Of a stretch of DNA of 64,000 bases, positions 1-10,302 are shown in pieces. Within the stretch, counting starts at the first letter, position 1. The number at the start of each line of letters is the position of its first letter. Source of the stretch: an uncultured Christensenellaceae bacterium (GTDB lineage Bacteria > Bacillota > Clostridia > Christensenellales > QAND01). The notes under the pieces are model-generated. The model was given only the letters and a program-made list of their open reading frames with translations. It was not told where the DNA came from and ran no database searches. A program made the position numbers and the translations under genes. The stretch spans positions 1,685,358 through 1,749,357 of the forward strand of contig OW818639.1 of assembly GCA_942492795.1 (NCBI GenBank), in the 5' to 3' direction.

Positions 1-1
1 G

Positions 2-604
2 ATCAACCTTATCCCGCGCTTTTACGATGTGACGGACGGAAGCGTATCGGTCGACGGGGTGGACGTAAGAAACATGGCGCAGGAAGTGCTGCGCAAAAAG
101 ATCGGCTTTGTTCCGCAGACAGCCATCCTGTTTTCGGGTACCGTTGCACAAAACATCCGCTACGGCAAACAGGATGCGACGGATGAGGAAGTAAGACATG
201 CGGCGCAAGTCGCGCAAGCGCTGGAGTTCATCACTTCGATGCAACAGGGCTTTGATTCTCCCATCGCGCAGGGGGGCACAAACGTCTCCGGCGGGCAAAA
301 ACAGCGGCTATCCATCGCGCGCGCGTTGATTTCCAAGCCGGAAATCTATATCTTTGACGACAGCTTTTCAGCTTTGGATTTTAAGACCGACGCAAACCTG
401 CGCGCCGCATTGAAAAAGGAAACAAAAAGCTCGACCGTGATCATCGTAGCACAGCGCGTAAGCACCATCATGGATGCTGATCGCATCATCGTGCTGGATG
501 AAGGCAAAATCGTCGGCATGGGAACGCATCGGGAACTGCTGCGAACAAACAGTGTTTACTACGAGATCGTAACCTCGCAGTTGTCCGAGGAGGAAATTGC
601 ATGA
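2..604 (+). CDS. ABC transporter ATP-binding subunit, C-terminal fragment (heterodimeric type-I exporter, LmrC-like); 5' end lies outside the window
   Basis: ABC signature LSGGQKQRLSIARAL, Walker B IYIFDDSFSALD and H-loop region are present. The reading frame is open to the window edge. Its stop overlaps the next ABC gene start (ATGA). Confidence 0.85.
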   Translation: MNLIPRFYDVTDGSVSVDGVDVRNMAQEVLRKKIGFVPQTAILFSGTVAQNIRYGKQDATDEEVRHAAQVAQALEFITSMQQGFDSPIAQGGTNVSGGQKQRLSIARALISKPEIYIFDDSFSALDFKTDANLRAALKKETKSSTVIIVAQRVSTIMDADRIIVLDEGKIVGMGTHRELLRTNSVYYEIVTSQLSEEEIA

Positions 605-2571
605 GCGAATCAACGAACAGAGGACCAGCCGCGTCAGGCCGCCCGCCCCAAGGAGGCGGACCGCCGGGACCGATAGGCGGAGGCGGCCCTATGGGTGCCA
701 TGGGGCGTCCGGTCTCAAAAGCAAAAGATTTTAAAGGGACGCTCAATCGGCTTGTACAATATCTGATGATGTTTAAAACGCGCTTTATCGCCGTTTTTCT
801 GCTGGCTGTCGGCAGCACGGTATTCTCGATTGTCGGGCCGAAAGTTTTGGGGTTGGCCACAACGAAACTTGGGGAAGGAATTATCGCGCAGTACAGGCAC
901 ATCGTGCTCGTCCAGACGGCGATCCTTCGCAAATTACCGTCGAGCGTGATCGCCCAGCTGCAGATGCAGCCCGTTGCCAAGTTTGATTTCGGATACATCG
1001 GCAGCATCATCCTGCTGATGGTTTTCCTGTATACCATAAGCGCACTGTTCAACTTCCTCATGGGGTATGTGATGTCTACGGTATCGCAAAAGACCGTGTT
1101 CAAGATGCGCAACGACGTCAAAGCGAAGCTTGACAGGCTTCCGTTGAAATATTTCGACGAGCATACACACGGTGAGATTCTAAGCCGCGTGACCAACGAC
1201 ATGGACAACATAGCGACAACGCTGCAGCAAAGCCTGGGGCAACTGATCACCTCTGTGGTCACCATCATAGGCGTTCTCGCCATGATGATATCCATCAGTC
1301 CCGTAATGACCGTCATCGCACTGGTGACGCTGCCGCTGAGCGCTGTGATTACCATGAGCATCGCCAAACGGTCGCAAAAGTACTATGCCGAACAGCAAAG
1401 CGTCTTAGGGCAGCTCAACGGACACGTGGAAGAGATGTACACCGGGCATAAGATTATCAAGGTGCTGGCACGGGAAAAGGAATCCATCGCGCAGTTTAAG
1501 GCGATCAACGCCAAACTGTATACGTCCGCCCGCAAAGCCCAGTTCATGTCCGGCATCATTATGCCGCTGTTGAGCTTTGTCAACAATGTGGGCTATGTGG
1601 CGGTATGTGTTGTCGGCGGAGTGCTGGTGGCAAAGAACGCCGTAAAGATCGGCGACATCCAGGCATTTATCCAATACATCCGAACGTTTACGCAGCCGAT
1701 CGTGCAGACTGCGAACATCGCCAACGTGATCCAGTCGACCGTAGCATCGGCAGAGCGCGTTTTTGAAGTGCTGGATGAGCAGGAACAGATCCCGGATAAA
1801 GAGCCGTCCATGAAGAACGAAGTTCCCAAGGGCGAAGTGGTTTTCGATCACGTGAAGTTCTCCTATAAGGAGGATATTCCGCTGATAGAGGACATGAACA
1901 TGCACGTCAAGCCCGGCGATACCATCGCGATCGTCGGACCGACCGGTGCGGGGAAGACCACGCTGGTCAACCTCTTAATGCGATTCTATGAGATCAACGA
2001 CGGGCGCATCGTCATTGACGGCATCGATACGCGGGATATGTCCCGCGAAGATCTGCGGCATATGTTTGGCATGGTGCTGCAGGATACCTGGCTGTTTAAC
2101 GGGACCATCCGCGACAACATTGCGTACGGACGGGATGATGCCACGCAGGAGCAGATCATCAATGCTGCCAAAGCGGCGCATGCGGATCACTTTATTGCCA
2201 GTTTGCCCGAGGGGTATGAAACGGTGCTCAATGAAGAAGCATCCAATATTTCTCAGGGACAGAAACAGCTTATCACCATTGCCCGTGCGATATTGGCCGA
2301 CCCGGCGATCCTCATCCTCGATGAGGCGACCAGCAACGTGGATACGCGTTCCGAAGTTCTCATCCAGCGTGCAATGGCGACTTTGATGGAAGGACGCACA
2401 AGCTTCGTCATCGCACATAGGCTTTCCACCATTCGCGATGCCAACATCATCCTCGTGATGAACAAGGGCTCAATCATCGAGCAGGGCAATCACAGGGACT
2501 TGTTGGCCAAAGGCGGCTTTTATGCCGATCTGTACAACAGCCAGTTCTCGGCGCCGTTTGTGGAACAATAA
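601..2571 (+). CDS. ABC transporter permease/ATP-binding protein (MsbA/LmrD-like exporter half-transporter)
   Basis: 656 aa. Six predicted TM helices, then an NBD with Walker A GPTGAGKT, signature ISQGQKQL, and Walker B ILILDEAT. A Gly/Pro-rich extension precedes TM1. Confidence 0.9.
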   Translation: MSESTNRGPAASGRPPQGGGPPGPIGGGGPMGAMGRPVSKAKDFKGTLNRLVQYLMMFKTRFIAVFLLAVGSTVFSIVGPKVLGLATTKLGEGIIAQYRHIVLVQTAILRKLPSSVIAQLQMQPVAKFDFGYIGSIILLMVFLYTISALFNFLMGYVMSTVSQKTVFKMRNDVKAKLDRLPLKYFDEHTHGEILSRVTNDMDNIATTLQQSLGQLITSVVTIIGVLAMMISISPVMTVIALVTLPLSAVITMSIAKRSQKYYAEQQSVLGQLNGHVEEMYTGHKIIKVLAREKESIAQFKAINAKLYTSARKAQFMSGIIMPLLSFVNNVGYVAVCVVGGVLVAKNAVKIGDIQAFIQYIRTFTQPIVQTANIANVIQSTVASAERVFEVLDEQEQIPDKEPSMKNEVPKGEVVFDHVKFSYKEDIPLIEDMNMHVKPGDTIAIVGPTGAGKTTLVNLLMRFYEINDGRIVIDGIDTRDMSREDLRHMFGMVLQDTWLFNGTIRDNIAYGRDDATQEQIINAAKAAHADHFIASLPEGYETVLNEEASNISQGQKQLITIARAILADPAILILDEATSNVDTRSEVLIQRAMATLMEGRTSFVIAHRLSTIRDANIILVMNKGSIIEQGNHRDLLAKGGFYADLYNSQFSAPFVEQ

Positions 2572-2593
2572 AAAACAGATACTCAGTCGGATG

Positions 2594-2627
2594 AATGCTT
2601 CGTCTTTTTGGCGAAGCATTTTTATAT
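2594..2627 (+). terminator. Rho-independent terminator downstream of the ABC exporter pair
   Basis: Stem AATGCTTCG / CGAAGCATT with a 9-nt loop, followed by TTTATAT. Confidence 0.6.
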
Positions 2628-2748
2628 TCCGGTGGATGCAGAGGGAACGGATGAATTGCGGATACGGGCATCTCCGTATGGATTTTCGTTTACGCTTTTT
2701 TCAACAAGCATTATAATGAAGGTGAAATCCCGAAAAGAGGTGTGAGCA

Positions 2749-3723
2749 ATGCCAGAACAATCACAAAAGGCCAAGGAGATATACCTTGCGGGCGGATGTT
2801 TTTGGGGTACCGAGAAGTTTCTTTCACAGATTCTGGGAGTGTTGCATACGGAGGTTGGCTACGCAAACGGCAAAACGGAAATTCCGACCTATGAACAGGT
2901 GTGTTACAACAACACGGGACACGCGGAAACCGTGAAGGTCGTATACAATCCGGATAAACTAAGTCTGAAATATCTGTTGGATCTATTCTACGAAACGATA
3001 GATCCGGTATCCGTCAACCGGCAAGGCGGGGACAGCGGAACGCAATACCGCACAGGCATTTATTATACAGACGAACAGGACCGGGAAATTATCGCGCAAT
3101 CGATTGCACAGCTGCAGAAGAAATACGATAAGCCCATTGCCATAGATGTTTTGCCGCTTGAAAATTATTGTGCTGCGGAAGGATACCACCAGAAGTATTT
3201 GGATAAAAACCCCGGCGGATACTGCCATATCAGCAACAAGACCTTCACGAAGGCGCAAACCGCCAGGGATCCCGATGCGAAATACAAACCCGTTCCCAAA
3301 GAGATACTCAAGCAGACATTAAGCCCGATGCAGTACAATGTTACGCAGAAATCCGATACCGAGCCGCCGTTTCAAAACGAGTACTTCAGCAATTTCAACG
3401 ACGGAATCTATGTCGATATTACAACCGGCGAACCGCTTTTTCTCTCAACCGACAAGTTCGAATCAGGCTGCGGCTGGCCGGCGTTTTCCAAACCGATCGA
3501 AGCGGCGTTGGTACGCGAATTTACAGACCGTTCGTTGTTTAGAACGCGGACGGAGGTTCGCAGCGCCACAGGCGACGCGCATTTGGGCCATGTGTTTGCG
3601 GACGGCCCGAAGGAATCGGGAGGGCTTCGCTATTGTATCAACAGCGCGTCGTTGAGGTTCATTCCGAAAGAAAAAATGGAAGAAGAAGGATACGGAGAAT
3701 TTCTCGTGCTGCTTGATAAATAG
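2749..3723 (+). CDS. msrAB: Bifunctional peptide methionine sulfoxide reductase MsrA/MsrB
   Basis: N-terminal MsrA motif GGCFWGTE. C-terminal MsrB motif GCGWPAF and RYCINSASL. 324 aa. RBS AAGAGG. Confidence 0.9.
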   Translation: MPEQSQKAKEIYLAGGCFWGTEKFLSQILGVLHTEVGYANGKTEIPTYEQVCYNNTGHAETVKVVYNPDKLSLKYLLDLFYETIDPVSVNRQGGDSGTQYRTGIYYTDEQDREIIAQSIAQLQKKYDKPIAIDVLPLENYCAAEGYHQKYLDKNPGGYCHISNKTFTKAQTARDPDAKYKPVPKEILKQTLSPMQYNVTQKSDTEPPFQNEYFSNFNDGIYVDITTGEPLFLSTDKFESGCGWPAFSKPIEAALVREFTDRSLFRTRTEVRSATGDAHLGHVFADGPKESGGLRYCINSASLRFIPKEKMEEEGYGEFLVLLDK

Positions 3724-3794
3724 GCAGAGCACAGGACGCCCATAGGTGTATTGTGTCAGAAGAACAATTGTTTCTTCGTAAAGCAGATTGTATA

Positions 3795-3840
3795 GAAAGA
3801 GCCTTTCCGAAGAGCTGCGCTCTTCGGAAAGGCTTTTGTG
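3795..3840. terminator. Bidirectional rho-independent terminator between msrAB (+) and the EF-hand gene (-)
   Basis: 15-bp perfect stem GCCTTTCCGAAGAGC / GCTCTTCGGAAAGGC. T-run on the plus side and A-run on the other side. Confidence 0.75.
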
Positions 3841-3854
3841 CATCCAGCGGGATT

Positions 3855-4895
3855 TTACAAAGACAGGTCGATGTGATGGATGGTACCTGCCGTTCCGTTC
3901 TCCTTCAGGTAAAAGGAACTGGATCGCATTGTACCGTAATCGCTTGTCGAGTCCTTGATGCTAAACGGGGTCGCGGCGCTTTGAAGATAAATCGCGCCGA
4001 TTCCCACATCGCTTAAGCGAACCAGTGTCCGTTGTCCTGCCTGATCACTTGAGAGGATGGCAAGCTTGCGAAACACGTCGTCCGACTCGTCTATCCAGCC
4101 GTTGCCGTCAAGATCGTATAGCTGCAGGTCTTCGAATCCATTGCCCGACTGTGGTCCGAAAAGCTCGGTGCCGTCGTTGATTTGCCCGTCGCCGTTCTTG
4201 TCCAGGGCCAAAAAGCCGCTGCCGTTGGTGGCGAAGGCTATCCGGTCCAGCTTCCCGTCGCCGTCAATGTCGAAATCCTGCTTGAGCGTTGTTAACGCCG
4301 GGGCGCTGCCCTGCGCAACAACAACCAGCGGATCAACCTTTGCGGCATCTCCCATTCGGATTGTGGTGTTTTGCTGCTCTACGAACGCGCGCGACAGACT
4401 GAAATTGACTTTAAACGCTATCGTCTTGCCGCCGGAGGTGGTGACCGTGCCTTCTGCGTTGTATTGAACGCTTTCGTTTTCCGCCACGGTTTGCTGATAC
4501 TCGTAAACCAGCCCCCAGCCATCCCGATTGCTCTGTCCGGTCACCGTTTGTGAAGTGCTGAGCATTACGGCTGGCTGAGGATTGTGCAGCCGGAGCTCCG
4601 GGGAGCGAAGTTTGACAGTTTTTCCCGTCATTTGGTAGATCAGAGACTCGATCAGTTTCAGTTTTACGTCGGTGGTCTGATCCTCTACCGATTCGGCATC
4701 GGTATTTGCGACCGAACAAGGCTTCGCTGTTTTGTACTGGTATGGATTGGGTTTGTTTCCAATTTCCACCACATACGCCACGTTCTGATCGGTATTCGGC
4801 CGATTGTGCCAAACTTCCAGCTTTTGTGTGATTTCCTTTTCGGAGTCCATTCGATAGGTAGTCTTTGTTTGTACATTACTATCGATGATTCTCAT
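3855..4895 (-). CDS. Hypothetical cytoplasmic protein with three EF-hand-type Ca-binding loops
   Basis: 346 aa with no signal peptide. Loops DKNGDGQINDGTE, DLDGNGWIDESD and DIDGDGKLDRIA fit the 12-residue EF-hand pattern. RBS AAGGAGG at 7 nt from the start. Confidence 0.55.
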   Translation of the reverse strand: MRIIDSNVQTKTTYRMDSEKEITQKLEVWHNRPNTDQNVAYVVEIGNKPNPYQYKTAKPCSVANTDAESVEDQTTDVKLKLIESLIYQMTGKTVKLRSPELRLHNPQPAVMLSTSQTVTGQSNRDGWGLVYEYQQTVAENESVQYNAEGTVTTSGGKTIAFKVNFSLSRAFVEQQNTTIRMGDAAKVDPLVVVAQGSAPALTTLKQDFDIDGDGKLDRIAFATNGSGFLALDKNGDGQINDGTELFGPQSGNGFEDLQLYDLDGNGWIDESDDVFRKLAILSSDQAGQRTLVRLSDVGIGAIYLQSAATPFSIKDSTSDYGTMRSSSFYLKENGTAGTIHHIDLSL

Positions 4896-5004
4896 TTTTC
4901 GCCTCCTTGCATCATTGTTAACCCGAATCCTTCGGGTATTGTGATAGACCCCTCAAATCTAGAATCGAAACTTTGCCATCCCGACATTAACAAAATGTGA
5001 AATA

Positions 5005-5036
5005 ATTTAAAAAGCGAGCCTAATCAAACGGCCCGC
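5005..5036 (-). terminator. Rho-independent terminator after the GT2 synthase gene (minus strand)
   Basis: Minus-strand stem GCGGGCC..GGCTCGC followed by TTTTT. It separates the GT2 gene from the EF-hand gene. Confidence 0.5.
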
Positions 5037-5074
5037 TGTTTATCCTTTTGCAGGTATACCGAACCTGTAATTCG

Positions 5075-7066
5075 TCAAGTTTTCGTATCCCCGGAGCGAA
5101 ATGAATACAGGCGCCGCATCAATGCACGAGCGTCGGATGCTTTTAAATCCACAGCATCCAAACCATCCGGAAAGACAAAGGTTGATTTATCAGGCATGTT
5201 GTTTTCGGGCGATTCGACCGATGCCCGATCGGTCAACAGGGAAGCCTGTTCCAGGTTAAACAGGCGTTGCTGAAGCAAGTCAAGGTGTCGGTTGTCTTCT
5301 TCATAAACGGATGAGCGCAACAGATCAAGATGGTGCTGCTCCATACGTTGCGAGCTCTGCCTCAATTCTTGAAGCCTATGCTCCATTTCACGCGCGTTCG
5401 TTCGCTCGGACATGGTTGCATCTGCCGAATCCACATAACGGGCATTTATTTCTTTAAATTCCGTCGCCAATCGCAGATTCTCCTCTACCACCTCATGCAG
5501 GCGCTGTTCGTAGGCCTTCTGACTTTTGAGAATATATCCGTACAACGTCAGTCTGTAGGCATCCACCTGCTTGGCGTTCAAGCCGATCAATGTGCGTTTG
5601 AGCGGGCGAAATGCAGAGGTTCTGTAATTGCCATACAACTGCGCTGTGGTTGGGCTCGATTTGTCACCTGTGAACGTTTTACGCTGCATGCTGCCCCAGC
5701 TGTTCTTTTGTTTTCGATAGGCAAACAGCGCCTCAACCCGAAAAATCGTGTTGATTTGCCGGTATCCGAAATTGTCTATGATGGCATAGAATGTAAGCTT
5801 TAGCAACTGCCTGAAAGACGGATACTTTTTAAATGTGTTTTCTTCCAAAAGCAGGGCGCCGATGGACAGTACGATGCCGTAGAGTACAGCCACGGCAAAG
5901 AAACCGAGAAAGAAATTAACGTTGATGATACCCATTGCATACGAGATCGGAACGGCAATGTAGCCCAAGAGTTCAAAGACAGGGCCGACGAATTCGAACA
6001 GCCAGTAATAGGGCAGACTTGCCATGCCAATGCGCCCGTATTTCGGGTTCAACAGCATCTTCTTATGTTTGAACAGGGAGAACATAAGCCCGATCTGCCA
6101 GCGTCTGCGCTGCTTGCGAAGATCCTTTACGGTTTCAGGCGGCTGCGTCCAGCATACGGGGTCGGGAATGAATTTGATGCGGTATTTTGTTTTTCGCTCG
6201 CGCAGCATCCGATGCATCTTGATGACAAGTTCCATATCTTCGCCGATGCAGTCGTTGGAATATCCGCCTGCCTCGATCGCGGTTTGCTTGTTGAATGCGC
6301 CGAAGGCACCGGATACGATAAGCAACATGCCCATTGCGTCAAAACCGATGCGTCCCGTCAAAAAGGAGCGGAGATATTCCACCGTCTGCAGATTGACGAT
6401 TGCCTTTCGGGACAAGTCAATCGTTTTTAGCTCTCCGTCCACAATCTTGCATCCGCTCGCGATGCGGACGATGCCGCCGACACCCACCACCCTGTGGTCT
6501 TTGACAAAGGGCATGATTATTTTGATCAGCGATTCCTTTTCAAGAATGGAATCGGCATCGATGGATACAAACACGGGGTAGCGTGAAACGTTGATGCCGG
6601 CATTGAGCGCGTCCGCCTTGCCACCGTTACGCTTGTCGATAATGACAAGATTCGGATGATCGGGCGAACGATAAATCGCATTTACTTCCTTCGTTTGCAG
6701 CGACCGCTTAAACGGCTGGTTTACGGCAAAGAGCTTAAACGTTTGAATCAGAAGCGGCAAGGTTTTATCCTTTGATCCGTCGTTGATGATGATAAGCTCG
6801 TATTCGGGGAAGTTCAGTGCCAGCAGATTCTTAACATTGTCGATAATCGTTGCTTCTTCGTTGTACGCAGGCACCAACAGCGAAATTGGGATCATATTCT
6901 CGGAATCGACGTAGCGTTCATGATCGGAATAGTGGCGAGACTTTACATATTTGCTCAGGCTCAGCGAAGAACTGATCAGTTGAACAAGGTACACGCAGTC
7001 CACCAATATCACGTAAATCAGCGATAAAACGTTGATCGCAATGATCGCAAAATAGAACGGGTTCAT
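5075..7066 (-). CDS. Processive family-2 glycosyltransferase (PgaC/IcaA/cellulose-synthase-like polysaccharide synthase) with a ~200-aa C-terminal coiled-coil extension
   Basis: N-terminal TM helix, then a GT-A domain (LLVPAYNEE, DADS). QRRRW matches the QxxRW motif of processive synthases. A multi-TM block follows, then a heptad-rich tail (QKAYEQRLHEVVEENLRLATEFKE...). The start overlaps the stop of the upstream gene (ATGA). Confidence 0.8.
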   Translation of the reverse strand: MNPFYFAIIAINVLSLIYVILVDCVYLVQLISSSLSLSKYVKSRHYSDHERYVDSENMIPISLLVPAYNEEATIIDNVKNLLALNFPEYELIIINDGSKDKTLPLLIQTFKLFAVNQPFKRSLQTKEVNAIYRSPDHPNLVIIDKRNGGKADALNAGINVSRYPVFVSIDADSILEKESLIKIIMPFVKDHRVVGVGGIVRIASGCKIVDGELKTIDLSRKAIVNLQTVEYLRSFLTGRIGFDAMGMLLIVSGAFGAFNKQTAIEAGGYSNDCIGEDMELVIKMHRMLRERKTKYRIKFIPDPVCWTQPPETVKDLRKQRRRWQIGLMFSLFKHKKMLLNPKYGRIGMASLPYYWLFEFVGPVFELLGYIAVPISYAMGIINVNFFLGFFAVAVLYGIVLSIGALLLEENTFKKYPSFRQLLKLTFYAIIDNFGYRQINTIFRVEALFAYRKQKNSWGSMQRKTFTGDKSSPTTAQLYGNYRTSAFRPLKRTLIGLNAKQVDAYRLTLYGYILKSQKAYEQRLHEVVEENLRLATEFKEINARYVDSADATMSERTNAREMEHRLQELRQSSQRMEQHHLDLLRSSVYEEDNRHLDLLQQRLFNLEQASLLTDRASVESPENNMPDKSTFVFPDGLDAVDLKASDARALMRRLYSFRSGDTKT

Positions 7067-10000
7067 AGCGCCACCTGCCTTTTGGTTTGACTTGCCATGA
7101 ATTGAAGAATATCATACGCGTATTTGTCGCCCGATTGTTTGACGCTCACGAGCAGTCCATCGATATCGGAATATTCCGCAAGCGCTTTTGCCGCATTGTA
7201 ACGAACCTGCCATTCCCGGTCGAACAACACATCGGCGATCTGCGGGGCATAGCGTTCCAAATCGATGCCGGATAGCGCTGAGGCTGCAATGCTTCGAACT
7301 TCCCACCGCACGTGTGATAATAGTTCGATGAGTTTGGGTGCTGCGGGGGCATATTTCAGCTGTCCCAGCGTTCGCGCCGCGTCAAGGACGGTGTTGAAGT
7401 CCTCACTTTCAAGGCAGGGGTGTATCAACGGTGCAAATCCGTCCAACCCTTCCAACCCGATGCGCTTGATGCAGATACGCCGGACGAACTTGTCGGGAGA
7501 GTCCAGCAACGCTCCGTACAATGCGCATTTATCACCGTCATACACTTTGAATATTTCCTGAAGGCTCCGGAAGGAAAGCGTCTGGATGTAGTTTTTATCC
7601 TGTGCAATGTGAACGATCTGTTCATGACCGGCCAACTGGGCCAAGCTTAGCAAGCCCTGGTACTGCAGATCGATATCGCTTTTATGCTTATACAGAAGTT
7701 TCATGATGTCATTTGCGAATACCGTGAGCTTCAATTCGCCGACAAGGCGGATGGTAATGATCAGATCGCCGATGTTGCGGTCTTTTATCCGACGCTTCAG
7801 AACTCTTTCAAATCCCGCTGCAATAACCAGTTCGCGCAACGCTTTTTCATACGGCTCATCATTTCCTTCGAACAGATCAACCAATATGGCAAGTCCTTTG
7901 CGTGAGCGCATCTTGTTCAGCTTCGCGGATACGTCGGCAGCGGACTTGTAATTCCGTTGCACCGCATGCACGGACGCCGTCACGCTGGCCTTCAGATGCT
8001 GCTTTCTGCGCTCGCGGATGGCCGTCTGTGTATGGATGTACATAAGCGCCAGAATAAAATAGACGATCAGGGAAAGCATGAACGCGATCATATAGTTTAA
8101 AACAGGCTGAATGGGGAACCATGTGGCGATTTTGGAAAACGCGGATTGGTTCCATTTTAACCAAAAGAGCTCAAAGCCGGTGCGCTGCGAAACATGCGCC
8201 GATGCGATGTTGGCAAAATAGTCCTTTACGATGAAATAGGACTTTTTAAGCCGTTCGTGATATGTGGGTTGTTCCCATTTCTGCCATGTGTATTTGCCGA
8301 TACCGCCGGTGCCCGTTTGGGAGGTGACGCCGAAGGTGAATCCATCCGCTTCCTGGGCTTTGATGCCCTGATTCCGGTACATGTTTCCGATGATCTTTTT
8401 GCCGGAAGGATCCATGACGTTGAGCAGCAGCCACGGAATGCGTATTTCAACAGATCCGTTGCCATAAAAGAGATCGGAAAGGGAATCGTAGTCGCCCGAA
8501 TTCGGGTTTGCGTTGCCATATCGGAGTTTTCCGGCGTCGAACATGGAAAACGGAACGCTCTGGCCTGTTTGAGGTATGGACAATGCGCGGTTTAGTACCT
8601 GCGTGATGGTCACGAAGTTACCGGTATCGGTTTTTTCGAATTCCGGATTGCGGGCCAATAAGGTTTTGCTCACACCGTATTCGTAATAGGTGACGTCATA
8701 ATGAGGGTCCACCAACAGCATGCTGTTGTCGCGGCCCGATATCACAAGCATGAAATCCGCGCCCATGTTCAGGTTTATGCCTTGATACGAAGTATTTCCC
8801 TGATCGGCGATGGTATCGATCGGGATATAGAGCGTATCGCGGGCAAAATCGGCAATGTTTACCTTGAGATAAACAAATGCCTCGTCCGATTTTACATAGA
8901 GCTTCGTTTCGCCGTTTTGCGCTATAAGATCGGTTTCTTTCCATTCGGACGGATCCCCGTCCACCGTTGCAGCGGTTGCGGTATTGCCGGGATCAAATGC
9001 CAGAAGCCCGAAGTTCTGCTCGTTTGTCTGGTAATCCAGCCAGTAAGCACGATTGTCTTTCAGATCCAGATCCATCGTGTTCCAGGTGGTCTTAAACCAC
9101 TCGTCGTCCCAGGAAAAGATCAGTGCACCCATGCAGCCTTCGGATTTGATATCCCCGATCAGGGAAGTGAGCATACGGCCTTGTTCGGATTCCTCAACGT
9201 TTCCCTGGTTAAACCCCGTCAGCATGTTTTCGTGGGCAATACCGCGGGATGCGGGTATACCAACCTCCGCCACAAGCAAAGGCACGCTGTGGTACGCATC
9301 AAGTTCCTTTAAGTAAGCGGCATATGTGTTCTTGTTTCCGCCCTGTTGGTATTTGACTTCATAGCTGAACATGTCCGGGTAATAGGGGTAAATATGATAG
9401 GAAGCGAAAAAGCCTGCTTCAAATCCGTCTTTTGCAACAAGATGCTCCACATCCACGCTGACGGCATCCTCTTTGGGGTTGGGCTCATTCGGATGCGAAA
9501 GCGGATCGGTCGTAACCCAGTTGCAAATCGCAACCGGGCGCTGTTCTTTATAATGCAGGGTTTCATATGCAATGGCCGTATCGGCCGCTTCCGCCAAAAA
9601 TGCTTCAAACGGGGACGCGTTATCGGTTTTCACAAAGGTGCCGTCATAACTATTCAAAGTAGGATTGTTCGTGTTGGTGGTGATGACAAACGCGGGATCC
9701 CACTCGATGCCTAAAATCAAACCTATGACATATTGCGAAACGTCTGCCCGATAGATTCCACCCGCGTTGCCCGGTAACTTCTGGATAGTCGCTTTGCCGT
9801 GGATGATGTCGACGGCGCGCTTGATATCCGCATTAAAGTCCACCTTGATTTTGCCGTCCTGGGCATAGGCATCCTGGTATTGTGCAATATCCGCTTCGTT
9901 GTTGTATACACCCTGCATGAGATACAGCGGATTTGAAGCGGTTTCGTTGAATTCATAAAGCGCTTCATAGAACACGGGCATCATCAGCGTATAGACGCGG

Positions 10001-10302
10001 ATGGTGTTGGCATTCATGTCGCTTATGTATTGGAACCAACGCAGGTATTCCTGTTTGGTGATGGACAGCTCACCGGGATAGCTGCCGGGTTTGGCGGAAC
10101 CCAGGTTTACACCCGCCACAAAAAGTTTCTTCCAATAGCCTTGTTCATCGTAAATTAAAAAGTTTTTGCCCTGCGTTTTGCCGACGTAGGCTATGCCGTT
10201 TTCGCTGTGGTATTTTTGAGAATAGGAACCTTGAAGAAGATAGAGCCGGTTGCCGAAAAAAACGGCGACAAGCACCGAAAAAAACAGTATATAGCCGAGC
10301 AT
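7063..10302 (-). CDS. Large bipartite membrane protein: extracellular clan GH-A-like TIM-barrel glycoside hydrolase domain, TM helix, cytoplasmic HEAT (PBS-lyase-type) repeats
   Basis: N-terminal signal anchor KRIMLGYILFFSVLVAVFF. Candidate acid/base HPNEP and nucleophile-like LLVAEVGIP spaced as in GH-A families. TM helix near residue 760 (LNYMIAFMLSLIVYFILALMYI). C-terminal repeated W/F-x-VR-x-xAAxALG HEAT units. The ORF extends to 10398 by a GTG, but no start has a good RBS; ATG 10302 is used here, so the start is uncertain. Confidence 0.7.
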   Translation of the reverse strand: MLGYILFFSVLVAVFFGNRLYLLQGSYSQKYHSENGIAYVGKTQGKNFLIYDEQGYWKKLFVAGVNLGSAKPGSYPGELSITKQEYLRWFQYISDMNANTIRVYTLMMPVFYEALYEFNETASNPLYLMQGVYNNEADIAQYQDAYAQDGKIKVDFNADIKRAVDIIHGKATIQKLPGNAGGIYRADVSQYVIGLILGIEWDPAFVITTNTNNPTLNSYDGTFVKTDNASPFEAFLAEAADTAIAYETLHYKEQRPVAICNWVTTDPLSHPNEPNPKEDAVSVDVEHLVAKDGFEAGFFASYHIYPYYPDMFSYEVKYQQGGNKNTYAAYLKELDAYHSVPLLVAEVGIPASRGIAHENMLTGFNQGNVEESEQGRMLTSLIGDIKSEGCMGALIFSWDDEWFKTTWNTMDLDLKDNRAYWLDYQTNEQNFGLLAFDPGNTATAATVDGDPSEWKETDLIAQNGETKLYVKSDEAFVYLKVNIADFARDTLYIPIDTIADQGNTSYQGINLNMGADFMLVISGRDNSMLLVDPHYDVTYYEYGVSKTLLARNPEFEKTDTGNFVTITQVLNRALSIPQTGQSVPFSMFDAGKLRYGNANPNSGDYDSLSDLFYGNGSVEIRIPWLLLNVMDPSGKKIIGNMYRNQGIKAQEADGFTFGVTSQTGTGGIGKYTWQKWEQPTYHERLKKSYFIVKDYFANIASAHVSQRTGFELFWLKWNQSAFSKIATWFPIQPVLNYMIAFMLSLIVYFILALMYIHTQTAIRERRKQHLKASVTASVHAVQRNYKSAADVSAKLNKMRSRKGLAILVDLFEGNDEPYEKALRELVIAAGFERVLKRRIKDRNIGDLIITIRLVGELKLTVFANDIMKLLYKHKSDIDLQYQGLLSLAQLAGHEQIVHIAQDKNYIQTLSFRSLQEIFKVYDGDKCALYGALLDSPDKFVRRICIKRIGLEGLDGFAPLIHPCLESEDFNTVLDAARTLGQLKYAPAAPKLIELLSHVRWEVRSIAASALSGIDLERYAPQIADVLFDREWQVRYNAAKALAEYSDIDGLLVSVKQSGDKYAYDILQFMASQTKRQVAL

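Noticed and set aside
486-1367. 293-aa minus-strand ORF antisense to the ABC exporter genes. Similar long antisense ORFs occur at 17683-18723, 31026-32057, 32412-33023, 20223-20960 and 63356-63910.
   Set aside because: Each lies entirely inside a well-supported sense-strand gene with recognisable motifs. They lack an RBS and have low-complexity, Cys/His/Arg-rich translations typical of GC-rich antisense frames.
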